A stretch of 63,021 bases of DNA, filler included, from Nemertoderma westbladi (Eukaryota; Animalia; Xenacoelomorpha): assembly GCA_032718475.1 (NCBI GenBank). It is 3 parts of 3 records of this genome, joined end to end, with 100 filler letters (N's around TTAATTAATTAA, not from the genome) between each part and the next. Parts side by side here need not be neighbours in the genome. Positions count along the whole stretch, not along the records: positions 1 to 26,959 come from JAUCBJ010006135.1; positions 27,060 to 47,818 come from JAUCBJ010003336.1; 1 more part is not named here. One strand, given 5' to 3'. Shown here one piece after another: positions 24,043 through 36,424 of the stretch. A program made the position numbers and the translations under genes. The first letter of the stretch is position 1; every line of letters starts with the position of its first letter. The notes beneath the pieces were generated by a model. The model worked only from the letters and a program-made list of their open reading frames with translations, did not search any database and was not told the DNA's origin.

Positions 24043-26679
24043 GACTAGACATTACTGCAGACTAGACTGGAAATTGCTAGAGAATATTAGCTAATTAGCT
24101 AGGGCCTATAGAGATTATATTAGACTAGGTTAGTAGATAATGATTGACTAGACTAGATATTGTTTACAAGTACAGGTAGATGCAACAAGTTGGATATAAG
24201 CGAAATATTTAAGAGTTTTGGATAGTTTTTTACACTCGTATCTTTGTACACTAATCATACCTCACCTAACATTATTTAATATTTGTAATAATATTATTGT
24301 TGTATTATAATACGGTGTGGTATCTTATTTAATCCGGTTGTGCTGCACTTTAATTTAAATGTTTGATGTATATAATTTGGAGATTTCAGTTAATATTTGC
24401 TGTCATTTACTGGAGGTATATATATATACCGGTAAATATAGTTTATTTACTAGTTACTTTTTGCGTTTCCTCTGGTTGTATTTACTTAAATCAACATTAA
24501 TGATGAAATATTTGAAAAGGTTCACATTGGATAATAACGAGTTGTTTTCAACCTTTTATATTCTAGGTTTCATTGGTCCAGAAATAACCCACTTAAAAAC
24601 CACTCAGGTATATAAATCTCTACATTTATATTGGAATTGGAAATACAGTAATGTTAATTAACGCAATGCCATTATTATTGTACCTCCAGTACATATTACG
24701 TACATGTGATATAGTGTCTGTTGCATTCACGCTCTGTTAATGTTTATTAATTAATATTAAAAATCCGCAAATGATAATTATGATTATGATACTTTTGTGA
24801 CCTATATAGCTATAAATGCTTTTTTTATTTCCTTAACTTTGTAATTTATTCTGCTCATCACACGCGGCCACTCAGTCCAGTCCAGCCAACAACCCCCCCC
24901 CCCCCTCCCCGCCCAATCGCCAATAACTCTCAATTCATGTCGAGTTGTCCAATACGTACGTAATAGGGTTGGTGACCTTTTGTCAGAGCTCGGTCGACCA
25001 ATAGTAGAGGATGAATACAAGATGCGTCAAGTTGGAAGACATGGTTTTAGCTTCTGGTCTTAAACGCGGGGGTGGTTTTAGGACAAATTGAAGGCGAACT
25101 ATGTATGATCTCAATGTTCCTCCCAAATAGAAACCGTACGATTCCTTGTATGTTTACACCTACGGGGTTTCTTTCCCAGTCTTCCGGTTGCCGTAAACCT
25201 CGAACTCATTACTCTCTCTCTCGATTTGTCTGGACTTTACGGCGTAACAATCCGAGAACGTCGACGTATTGCCGCTGTCCTGGCGGTGTTCTTGAGATAC
25301 AGTTTGTCATCGTACAACGATGCCAGCTACGACAATGTAGATAAAGCCCGTGGGTTCCTTGATCCACGATTTAAGACTAGTTGACGTATCGATAGCAATC
25401 AGCCGCCCTCATCCCCTCCTCCCCTCCCCCCCCCCCCCCCCCCCCCCACCCCCGAAAATGACGATGTATGTTATTGATATAATAATAAGGCTACCAATTA
25501 CAGTCATCCCAAAATTGATGAAAATTTCACCAAAAAAATTATATTACACCAATTTAAATAATGTGACCCCAAAAAAAAAATTATTGAACCCCAAAAAAAA
25601 AATTATTGAACCCCAAATAAAATTATTCAACACCAAAATAATTACAAATTTTCCCAAAACAATGTTTTTGGCGGATGAATAATTGTTTTTGTGGGAAGAA
25701 TAATTATTGTTTTTGGGGGATGAATAATTTTTTTTGGTGAGAGGGAAATTTAAAATTGGGGGGTGCGAATTTGTGCTACAAAAAATATATTTGGTGCAAA
25801 ATATTTTATTTTGGTGTTAAATCATCTAATTTGGGGTGGCATTCAATTGGTGGCGTAATAATAATGAAAACAATAATTACATTAGAATAAAGTTGCTTAT
25901 AACCTCGTAAAGTGCCCACCGTGCTAGTAAGCCTATATATCTCAGATCAGCGGGATATAAAGCGCTATTTTTAATTCCATGTAATTGGAGTAATATTTAG
26001 TTTTGTTATTATAATCTCGGATGTAAAGCAGTGCCTCTCATTCGGTTCCCAGGGGCTAAAACCCGGTAGGCTGGCGACCGATTCATTCAACATATTCCTG
26101 CACTCCACCCAGTATCTCCGGTTTCTCTAGACTGATTGTAGAATTGAATTGATTGAATAAAACTGGGTCTACCATAACCCATCAGACGGTTGTTTATTGG
26201 CTACATGATTTGGACTATGTAATTTTATAGAAAATTGAAAAATTTATAAACAAAAGTCATCTAGTCGACTATAGCGACAGTATGCATACTGTACTTACTC
26301 AGTATGCCAACTCGTACCGGTACAGTTTGGAGATATTCCGTAAAATGAAAGTAAAAGCAATAAACTCGCAATAAAATCTATTCTCACCCGCCGTAGAAAG
26401 TTCTAGATTTTATTTATTTTTTCCTTTATTATTATATATAATTATTTTTTAATTCCTTTATATTTTATTAAGATTTTCCACTTTCGAATAAAATATATTA
26501 ATTATCACTGAAATGCGTTTGTTTGAACCGGTTTTCTTGAATTTCGTTTATTATTTAGGTGATAACAACGCGGCACTGAAACCTGTTCCTTTCCATTTTA
26601 ATAAATAATAAGCAACTGAAAGGCTTAATTAAATTCCACTATCAAGTCTATGAAGTGACTCGATGTAATCCGCTATTGT

Positions 26680-26959
26680 CTGAAAGAGGCTGTCCTCACA
26701 CCTGTCTTAAGGAAGGCTAGGTTAAACATGGAATTCCTCAAGAATTTTCGACCAGTATCCAACTTGCTATTCATATCAAAACTAGTAGAGAAAGTAGTGG
26801 GAAGTCAATTAATGCGTCACATGAACTTACACAATTTGGATGAAGATATGCAAAGCGCTTACAAGAAATATCACGGTACTGCAACTGCATTATTAAACGT
26901 CATGGACGACATACTCACTGGCATCGATGGAGGATCAGCGTGTATGCTCGTTGCTTTGG
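26680..26959 (+). mobile_element. L2/CR1-type LINE RT fragment cut by the assembly gap
   Basis: NFRPVSNLLFISKLVEKVV...QSAYKKYHGTATALLNVMDDIL. Confidence 0.85.
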
Positions 26960-27059
26960 NNNNNNNNNNNNNNNNNNNNNNNNNNNNNNNNNNNNNNNNN
27001 NNNTTAATTAATTAANNNNNNNNNNNNNNNNNNNNNNNNNNNNNNNNNNNNNNNNNNNN
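26960..27059. other. Assembly gap linker (N44-TTAATTAATTAA-N44)
   Basis: Exactly 100 bp with a 12-mer giving stops in all six frames; identical to the linker at 47819. Confidence 0.98.
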
Positions 27060-28170
27060 GTGCTTACAGGTTGGGGGAGGGATAGTAAGCGTGCTTACAG
27101 GTTGGGGGAGGGATAGTCAGCGTGCTTACAGGTTGGGGGAGGGATAGTCAGCGTGCTTACAGGTTGGGGAGGGATAGTAAGCGTGCTTACAGGTTGGGGG
27201 AGGGATAGTAAGCGTGCTTACAGGTTGGGGGAGGGATAGTCAGCGTGCTTACAGGTTGGGGGAGGGATAGTCAGCGTGCTTACAGGTTGGGAGAGGGATA
27301 GTAAGCGTGCTTACAGGTTGGGGGAGGGATAGTAAGCGTGCTTACAGGTTGGGGGAGGGATAGTCAGCGTGCTTACAGGTTGGGAGAGGGATAGTAAGCG
27401 TGCTTACAGGTTGGGGGAGGGATAGTCAGCGTGCTTACAGGTTGGGGGAGGGATAGTAAGCGTGCTTACAGGTTGGGGGAGGGATAGTCAGCGTGCTTAC
27501 AGGTTGGGAGAGGGATAGTAAGCGTGCTTACAGGTTGGGGGAGGGATAAGTAAGCGTGCTTACAGGTTGGGGGAGGGATAGTCAGCGTGCTTACAGGTTG
27601 GGGGAGGGATAGTAAGCGTGCTTACAGGTTGGGGGAGGGATAGTCAGCGTGCTTACAGGTTGGGGGAGGGATAGTCAGCGTGCTTACAGGTTGGGGAGGG
27701 ATAGTAAGCGTGCTTACAGGTTGGGGGAGGGATAGTCAGCGTGCTTACAGGTTGGGAGGGATAGTAAGCGTGCTTACAGGTTGGGGGAGGGATAGTCAGC
27801 GTGCTTACAGGTTGGGGAGAGGGATAGTAAGCGTGCTTACAGGTTGGGGGAGGGATAGTCAGCGTGCTTACAGGTTGGGGAGGGATAGTAAGCGTGCTTA
27901 CAGGTTGGGGGAGGGATAGTCAGCGTGCTTACAGGTTGGGGGAGGGATAGTCAGCGTGCTTACAGGTTGGGGGAGGGATAGTCAGCGTGCTTACAGGTTG
28001 GGGGAGGGATAGTAAGCGTGCTTACAGGTTGGGGGAGGGATAGTCAGCGTGCTTACAGGTTGGGGGAGGGATAGTCAGCGTGCTTACAGGTTGGGAGAGG
28101 GATAGTAAGCGTGCTTACAGGTTGGGGGAGGGATAGTCAAGCGTGCTTACAGGTTGGGGGAGGGATAGTC
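27060..28170. repeat. 31-bp G-rich minisatellite (GTGCTTACAGGTTGGGGGAGGGATAGT[A/C]AGC)n, ~36 copies, truncated by gap
   Basis: Direct tandem repeat with A/C and GGGGG/GGGAG variants, no spacers. Confidence 0.97.
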
Positions 28171-28537
28171 CAGGATTTGGAAGTCACAGAGAATTAATCG
28201 GAAACGCGGTTAAAATTTTTAGTTTTGACGTTTAATGAAAATTAATTAATATTTATTAATATTTGGCGAAACCGTCAAGACCGTCATACAGGAAAACAGC
28301 GATAACTCGAGAACTAAAAGAGGTTTCGCTAAGCGGTTTTCAAATTTGAAATACCCATTAAATTCTGCTATAGCTATAGATTAAATAAAAAACGGACATT
28401 TGACATTTCGATTTCGACCAGGGGGGGGGGGGGGGGGGGGGGGGGGGTGTAGTACCGGTACTCCCCCTTAAATCTTTTTCTTTGGAAGGATTTAAAAAAT
28501 TTTCTATTTCAAAATAAAAAATATATTAAAATAATAA

Positions 28538-28966
28538 TTAGTTAGTTAGATAGTTAGTTAGTTAGATAGTTAGTTAGTTAGTTAGATAGTTAGTTAGATA
28601 GTTAGTTAGATAGTTAGTTAGTTAGATAGTTAGTTAGTTAGATAGTTAGATAGTTTAGTTAGTTAGTTAGATAGTTAGTTAGATAGTTAGTTAGTTAGAT
28701 AGTTAGTTAGATAGTTAGTGAGATAGTTAGTTAGTTAGATTGTTAGTTAGTTAGATAGTTAGTTAGCTAGATAGTTAGTTAGTTCGATAGTTAGTTAGAT
28801 AGTTAGTTAGTTAGTTAGTTAGATAGTTAGTTAGATAGTTAGTTAGTTAGATAGTTAGTTAGTTAGATAGTTAGTTAGATAGTTAGTTAGATAGTTAGTT
28901 AGTTAGATAGTTAGATAGTTAGTTAGATAGTTAGTTAGATAGTTAGTTAGTTAGATAGTTAGTTAG

Positions 28967-28998
<32 letters not shown>

Positions 28999-29347
28999 AT
29001 AGTTAGTTAGATAGTTAGTTAGATAGTTAGTTAGTTAGATAGTTAGATTAGATAGTTAGTTAGATAGTTAGATAGTTAGTTAGTTAGATAGTTAGATAGT
29101 TAGTTAGATAGTTAGTTAGATAGTTAGTTAGTTAGATAGTTAGTTAGTAGATAGTTAGTTAGTATAGTTAGTTAGATAGTTAGTTAGTTAGTTAGTTAGA
29201 TAGTTAGTTAGATAGTTAGTTAGTTAGATAGTTAGTTAGTTAGATAGTTAGTTAGATAGTTAGTTAGATAGTTAGATAGTTAGTTAGATAGTTAGTTAGA
29301 TAGTTAGTTAGATAGTTAGTTAGTTAGATAGTTAGATAGTTAGTTAG

Positions 29348-29391
<44 letters not shown>

Positions 29392-29863
29392 ATAGTTAGT
29401 TAGATAGTTAGTTAGTTAGATAGTTAGTTAGTTAGATAGTTAGTTAGATAGTTAGTTAGATAGTTAGTTAGTTAGATAGTTAGATAGTTAGTTAGATAGT
29501 TAGTTAGATAGTTAGTTAGTTAGTTAGATAGTTAGTTAGCTAGATAGTTAGTTAGATAGTTAGTTAGATAGTTAGTTAGTTAGATAGTGTTAGTTAGATA
29601 GTTAGTTAGATAGTTAGTTAGATAGTTAGTTAGATAGTTAGTTAGATAGTTAGTTAGTTAGATAGATAGTTAGTTAGATAGTTAGTTAGATAGTTAGTTA
29701 GTTAGATAGTTAGTTAGATAGTTAGTTAGATAGTTAGTTAGATAGTATTAGTTAGATAGTTAGTTAGATAGTTAGTTAGATAGTTAGTTAGTTAGATAGT
29801 TAGTTAGTAGTTAGTTAGTTAGATAGTTAGTTAGTTAGTTAGATAGTTGGTTAGTTAGTTAGT

Positions 29864-29902
<39 letters not shown>

Positions 29903-31230
29903 ATAGTTAGTTAGTTAGATAGTTAGTTAGTTAGAGAGTTAGTTAGTTAGATAGTTAGTTAGATAGTTAGTTAGTTAGATAGTTAGTTAGTTAGATAGTT
30001 AGTTAGATAGTAGTTAGATAGTTAGTCTAGATAGTTAGTTAGATAGTTAGTTAGTTAGATAGTTAGTTAGTTAGTAGATAGTTAGTTAGTTAGTTAGTTA
30101 GATAGTTAGTTAGTATAGTTAGTTAGATAGTTAGTTAGATAGTTAGTTAGATAGTTAGTTAGATAGTTAGTTAGTTAGTAGTTAGATAGTTAGTTAGATA
30201 GTTAGTTAGTTAGATAGTTAGTTAGATAGTTAGTTAGTTAGATAGATAGTTAGTTAGATAGTTAGTTAGATAGTTAGTTAGTTAGATAGTTAGTTAGATA
30301 GTTAGTTAGATAGTTAGTTAGATAGTTATTTAGTTATATAGTTAGTATAGTTAGTTAGATAGTTAGTTAGTTAGATAGTTAGTTAGATAGTTAGTTAGTT
30401 AGATAGTTAGTTAGTTAGTTAGATAGTTAGTTGTAGTTAGTTAGTTAGATAGTTAGTTAGTTAGTGAGTTAGATAGTTAGTTAGATAGTTAGTTAGATAG
30501 TTAGTTAGATAGTTAGTTAGTTAGATAGATAGTTAGTTAGATAGTTAGTTAGATAGTTAGTTAGTTAGATAGTTAGTTAGATAGTTAGTTAGATAGTTAG
30601 TTAGTTAGATAGTTAGTTAGATAGTTAGTTAGATAGTTAGTTAGTTAGATAGTTAGTTAGATAGTTGTTAGTTAGTTAGTATAGTTAGTTAGTTAGTTAG
30701 TTAGTAGATAGTTAGTTAGTTAGTTAGTTAGTTAGATAGTTAGTTAGTTAGATAGTTAGTTAGTTAGATAGTTAGTTAGTTAGATTAGTTAGTTAGATAG
30801 TTAGTTAGATAGTTAGTTAGTTAGATAGTTAGTTAGTTAGTTAGATAGTTAGTTAGATAGATAGTTAGTTAGATAGTTAGTTAGTTAGATAGTTAGTTTG
30901 ATAGTAGTAGATAGTTAGTTAGATAGTTAGTTAGATAGTTAGTTAGTTAGATAGTTAGTTAGATAGCTAGTTAGTTAGATAGTTAGTTAGATAGTTAGTT
31001 AGATAGTTAGTTAGTTAGATAGTTAGTTAGCTAGATAGTTAGTTAGTTCGATAGTTAGTTAGATAGTTAGTTAGTTAGTTAGTTAGATATTTAGTTAGAT
31101 AGTTAGTTAGTTAGATAGTTAGTTAGTTAGATAGTTAGTTAGATAGTTAGTTAGATAGTTAGTTAGTTAGATAGTTAGATAGTTAGTTAGATAGTTAGTT
31201 AGATAGTTAGTTAGTTAGATAGTTAGTTAG

Positions 31231-31262
<32 letters not shown>

Positions 31263-32123
31263 ATAGTTAGTTAGATATTTAGTTAGATAGTTAGTTAGTT
31301 AGATAGTTAGTTAGTTAGATAGTTAGTTAGATAGTTAGTTAGATAGTTAGTTAGTTAGATAGTTAGATAGTTAGTTAGATAGTTAGTTAGATAGTTAGTT
31401 AGTTAGATAGTTAGTTAGCTAGATAGTTAGTTAGTTCGATAGTTAGTTAGATAGTTAGTTAGTTAGTTAGTTAGATATTTAGTTAGATAGTTAGTTAGTT
31501 AGATAGTTAGTTAGTTAGATAGTTAGTTAGATAGTTAGTTAGATAGTTAGTTAGTTAGATAGTTAGATAGTTAGTTAGATAGTTAGTTAGATAGTTAGTT
31601 AGTTAGATAGTTAGATAGTTAGTTAGATAGTTAGTTAGTTAGTTAGTTAGTTAGATAGTTAGTTAGTTAGATATTTAGTTAGATAGTTAGTTAGTTAGAT
31701 AGTTAGTTAGTTAGATAGTTAGTTAGATAGTTAGTTAGATAGTTAGTTAGTTAGATAGTTAGATAGTTAGTTAGATAGTTAGTTAGATAGTTAGTTAGTT
31801 AGTTAGATAGTTAGTTAGCTAGATAGTTAGTTAGTTCGATAGTTAGTTAGATAGTTAGTTAGTTAGTTAGTTAGATATTTAGTTAGATAGTTAGTTAGTT
31901 AGATAGTTAGTTAGTTAGATAGTTAGTTAGATAGTTAGTTAGACAGTTAGTTAGTTAGATAGTTAGTTAGATAGTTAGTTAGTTAGATAGATAGTTAGTT
32001 AGATAGTTAGTTAGATAGTTAGTTAGTTAGATAGTTAGTTAGATAGTTAGTTAGATAGTTAGTTAGATAGTTATTTAGTTAGATAGTTAGTTAAATAGTT
32101 AGTTAGATAGTTAGTTAGTTAGT

Positions 32124-32154
<31 letters not shown>

Positions 32155-33950
32155 ATAGTTAGTTAGTTAGATAGTTAGTTAGTTAGATAGTTAGTTAGTT
32201 AGAGAGTTAGTTAGTTAGATAGTTAGTTAGATAGTTAGTTAGATAGTTAGTTAGTTAGATAGTTAGTTAGTTAGATAGTTAGTTAGATAGTAGTTAGATA
32301 GTTAGTTAGCTAGATAGTTAGTTAGATAGTTAGTTAGTTAGATAGTTAGTTAGTTAGATAGTTAGTTAGATAGTTAGTTAGTTAGTTAGTTAGATAGTTA
32401 GTTAGATAGTTAGTTAGTTAGTTAGTTAGATAGTTAGTTAGATAGTTAGATAGTTAGTTAGATAGTTAGTTAGTTAGTGAGTTAGATAGTTAGTTAGATA
32501 GTTAGTTAGTTAGATAGTTAGTTAGATAGTTAGTTAGTTAGATAGTTAGTTAGATAGTTAGATAGTTAGTTAGATAGATAGTTAGTTAGATAGTTAGTTA
32601 GATAGTTAGTTAGATAGTTAGTTAGATAGTTAGTTAGTTAGATAGTTAGTTAGATAGTTAGTTAGATAGTTAGTTAGTTAGATAGTTAGTTAGATAGTTA
32701 GTTAGATAGTTAGTTTGATAGTTAGTTAGTTAGATAGTTAGTTAGATAGTTAGTTAGTTAGTTAGTTAGATAGTTAGTTAGTTAGATAGTTAGTTAGTTA
32801 GATAGTTAGTTAGATAGTTAGATAGTTAGTTAGATAGTTAGTTATATAGTTAGTTAGTTAGATAGTTAGTTAGATAGTTAGTTATTTAGATAGTTAGTTA
32901 GATAGTTAGTTAGATAGTTAGTTAGTTAGATAGTTAGTTAGATAGTTAGTTAGTTAGATAGTTAGTTAGTTAGATAGTTAGTTAGTTAGATAGTTAGTTA
33001 GATAGTTAGTTAGATAGTTAGTTAGATAGTTAGTTAGTTAGATAGTTAGTTAGTTAGATAGTTAGTTAGATAGTTAGTTAGCTAGATAGTTAGTTAGTTA
33101 GATAGTTAGTTAGATAGTTAGTTAGTTAGATAGTTAGTTAGTTAGATAGTTAGTTAGTTAGATAGTTAGTTAGCTAGATAGTTAGTTAGATACTTAGTTA
33201 GATAGTTAGTTAGTTAGTTAGATAGTTAGTTAGTTAGATAGTTAGTTATATAGTTAGTTAGTTAGATAGTTAGTTAGTTAGACAGTTAGTTAGATAGTTA
33301 GTTAGATAGTTAGTTAGATAGTTAGATAGTTAGTTAGTTAGATAGTTAGTTAGATAGTTAGTTAGATAGTTAGTTAGATAGTTAGTTAGATAGTTAGTTA
33401 GCTAGATAGTTAGTTAGATAGTTAGTTAGATAGTTAGTTAGTTAGATAGTTAGTTAGTTAGATAGTTAGTTAGATAGTTAGTTAGTTAGATAGTTAGTTA
33501 GATAGTTAGTTAGCTAGATAGTTAGTTAGATAGTTAGTTAGTTAGATAGTTAGTTATATAGTTAGTTTGTTAGTTAGTTAGATAGTTAGATAGTTAGTTA
33601 GATAGTTAGTTAGATAGTTAGTTAGTTAGATAGTTAGTTAGTTAGATAGTTAGTTATATAGTTAGTTTGTTAGTTAGTTAGATAGTTAGATAGTTAGTTA
33701 GATAGTTAGTTAGATAGTTAGTTAGTTAGATAGTTAGTTAGTTAGATAGTTAGTTAGATAGTTAGTTAGCTAGATAGTTAGTTAGATAGTTAGTTAGTTA
33801 GATAGTTAGTTATATAGTTAGTTTGTTAGTTAGTTAGATAGTTAGATAGTTAGTTAGATAGTTAGTTAGATAGTTAGTTAGATAGTTAGTTAGATCGTTA
33901 GTTAGATAGTTAGTTAGATAGTTAGCTAGTTAGATAGTTAGTTAGTTAGT
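28538..33950. repeat. 5.4-kb compound tetranucleotide array (GTTA)n/(GATA)n in a GALK2 intron
   Basis: Continuous TTAG/ATAG units with rare variants; its right end lies ~20 bp from the GALK2 exon 4 donor. Confidence 0.98.
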
Positions 33951-33970
33951 GTTCTACTAATTATACAAAC

Positions 33971-34229
33971 CAAACTTAATCTCCAACCATTCGCATGCAT
34001 AGTTGCTAAGGCGGCGCAGCAGACCAAGGCACTGGAACTACTGAGTCCGGCACTGATTGGCACAACACCACTGACTACCACATTCATACCAGTAGTGGGG
34101 GCTGAGGTTGACTCACTATCGGTTGCTAGGCAATACTCAATGACGCCACGCACTCCGCACAGGTAGTAGTCGTACCACTGAGGCGAACAGCTGTCTATGT
34201 GAATGTCCATTAGGTAAGAATCGTGGTCC
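33971..34229 (-). CDS. GALK2: GALK2 exon 4
   Basis: CCCAG acceptor, DHDSYLMDIHID...GLSSSSALVCCAALATMHANGWRLSL, GTTTGT donor; 259 nt. Confidence 0.9.
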
Positions 34230-36424
34230 CTGGGTCAGTAACAAATTATAATCTTTAAGAAATTAATAAATTTACTCAACTAGACAATAAATATTGTCTT
34301 CTTGACAGAAACACGCCGGTTAAACATTAACATATAGAATTACGCGCAACTTTGTACAATCCAGCGGTTAGTTAAAATTAAAAATAATAAAATTACAAAA
34401 CAAACAGATTAATTTTAGAATATTATCCACCAGTGGAAATTCTGGTAATTTAATTAAATAAATATGGATATCTATGGAGCGAAAAACATAATGGTTTGCC
34501 ATACCGGACTGCCAACCTGAAGGAAAGGTTTGTGTTAGTTAACCGTAAGACTGGCTGTTCTGATGTTGATACTGCCGATATAATATCCTGGTCAATAGCC
34601 ATTGGTAACACATCGTAACCACAATAGTCTACATGTTCACCTGAAACATTATAAATAAATATAAATTATATAATTCTTATATCTTCAAAACAATAAAAAT
34701 TCACCCCTAAATAGATTAGCCCCAAAATTAATTGTTAACACCACTTTAATTTGTTTTTTTGGTTAAAATAATGAGCTATCAGGTCTGCTCAGGTCAGTGT
34801 TCGTTCAATTCCCTTAATTGATAATTTAACATTGAGACAAGATATTATAAATTCGCCGAGACAGGATTTCCTTCCACCAACCCCACCCCCCAACGCTAGC
34901 TGGATCTTTTGAATTGAATCCTTCATTCCAGTTGGTACTGTATTTAGCAACTAACCTATAATGTTAACCCTCCCTGGAGCTCGGGCAAAAAATGTGGGTT
35001 TACCATGAAACTTGGCATAAAACTCATCAGTAATCGCAGTCAATCTGAAATACAAATTGTTATTTACATTACTGCTGCACATATACATCATACCGTCATA
35101 TGCGTGGAACTGTCGAAGCTTTCTTTTAGCAACATGAAGAAACATGACATACCGATACCGGTACATGCATACGCCATGCGCCCCCCCAGATGCAATGCAT
35201 GCGCCATACCCCCGGAATAAATTGTCTTAATTCGGCGTCTTGGAAAAACCTAAGGTATTTTACATTTGTATTTTAGGTGTAGGTATTTAACATAGGTTAT
35301 ATACATACATACAGTCTTATTATTGCAATACGAAAATAGCACAGGTATGGGTATGAACTATAACTAAGGTACCGGTATGAAGTATGAAACACAATTACAG
35401 GGTTGCCAATCTATTTCAGTTTCAATTTTCCTTGACCTTTTGAAAAAATTCCCTGACTGAAGTGATATGACTTCTATCTATATTTCCGGATCTTCTTCTT
35501 GACAAATTTTGACTTTATATTCATGTTTAGTGATGTGAGGAAATGGACTCGCGAGCGAAGCGAGCAACATTTTTTACACATTTTCACTTATGACACATTT
35601 CCTGATTTGTCAAATGTTTACTAGAATTCCCTGACATTTCAAGAAAAAATGAAATTCCCTGACTATTCCAGGTGAGTGGCAACCCTGAATAACACAAACT
35701 GCGAGTAAAGGAGCGGAGCAGGTTACAGTGGTAACCAGAAGGAATCAAAACAATAAACGATTTGAAAAGGGTGTCGTTATAATGCAGTAATTCCCGAACT
35801 CACGACCTACCGGTACCGGCACTACTGCATTAATAACGACACCCCAGGACTTATCAGCTTATATACTGATAAACATAATCTTGTATTACGTGTAAACTTT
35901 CGTTTATTGTTTTGGTCCCTTTAACTTGCCTCTGTAACCTGCTCCTTTACCTTTACTAACCTGCCTACCACCTACGGCCACATGTCTATTATCAAATTAT
36001 AATGTAAAATGCAGTGCTGGGGGTGTCGTTATAACAGTATAATGCAGTGGTGCCACCGGTACCTGCTACCGGTACGGTACCAGTTGGAAGATCGACGCTC
36101 TAACTATCTACGGTACAGATCTAACCAACTGGCCCAGTCATCCAGTGGCCACGCACCGAAACTGGGGATAAGGTAACCAAATATACTGGAAATACCAAGC
36201 TATGTAGGGGTAGGCCTACCTAAATGTAGGGGATTTTTTCGCCGGTAGCCTGCTGGCCTGTACCCTGCTGGTGCTTGTGCAGCTGTCTGGCTGTGTGTGC
36301 ACTGAATAGGCCTACCGTACCGGTACGGATAACTCTGAACTCACCTATCAGCGTCGATTGTAGATGTTGGGAGAATAGAGGGATACCCCGAATTGCCTTC
36401 GGCCTCCCCAGATCCCGACGACAT
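33971..36424 (-). CDS. GALK2: N-acetylgalactosamine kinase / galactokinase 2, 5' part (exons 36424-36345, 35044-34956, 34640-34517, 34229-33971); 3' exons not found in window
   Basis: In-frame GT-AG splicing gives MSSGSG...[49 protein letters not shown]...WYDYYLCGVRG...VPISAGLSSSSALVC: galactokinase signature plus GHMP ATP loop. Confidence 0.95.
34517..34640 (-). CDS. GALK2: GALK2 exon 3
   Basis: TTTCAG acceptor, (G)[23 protein letters not shown]...LTNTNLSF(R), GTTGGC donor; 124 nt; an alternative in-phase donor lies 12 nt further on. Confidence 0.9.
34956..35044 (-). CDS. GALK2: GALK2 exon 2
   Basis: TTTCAG acceptor, [35 protein letters not shown] donor; 89 nt. Confidence 0.92.
35398..35687. 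mobile_element. hAT-like MITE in GALK2 intron 1
   Basis: Perfect 11-bp TIR CAGGGTTGCCA / TGGCAACCCTG with internal AATTCCCTGAC repeats; no clear TSD. Confidence 0.6.
35703..35951. repeat. Short fold-back element of a family dispersed in the window
   Basis: GGAGCAGGTTACAG...AAAACAATAAACG inverted with CGTTTATTGTTTTGG...CTGTAACCTGCTCC; related half copies at ~10659-10710, ~15458-15506 and ~59599-59700. Confidence 0.6.
36345..36424 (-). CDS. GALK2: GALK2 exon 1 (putative start)
   Basis: ATG at 36424, MSSGSGEAEGNSGYPSILPTSTIDAD(R), strong GTGAGT donor, phase 2 matches exon 2. Confidence 0.75.

Noticed and set aside
27004-27015. TTAATTAATTAA as a biological motif (also 47863-47874)
   Set aside because: Centred identically in two 100-bp N blocks; an artificial scaffolding linker
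27060-28170. CRISPR array (31-bp repeats; also the 22-bp array at 3229-3482)
   Set aside because: Repeats are directly adjacent with no unique spacers, there are no cas genes, and the context is eukaryotic
28538-33950. Telomere or interstitial telomeric array
   Set aside because: Units are 4-mers TTAG/ATAG, not TTAGG or TTAGGG, and the array lies inside a GALK2 intron
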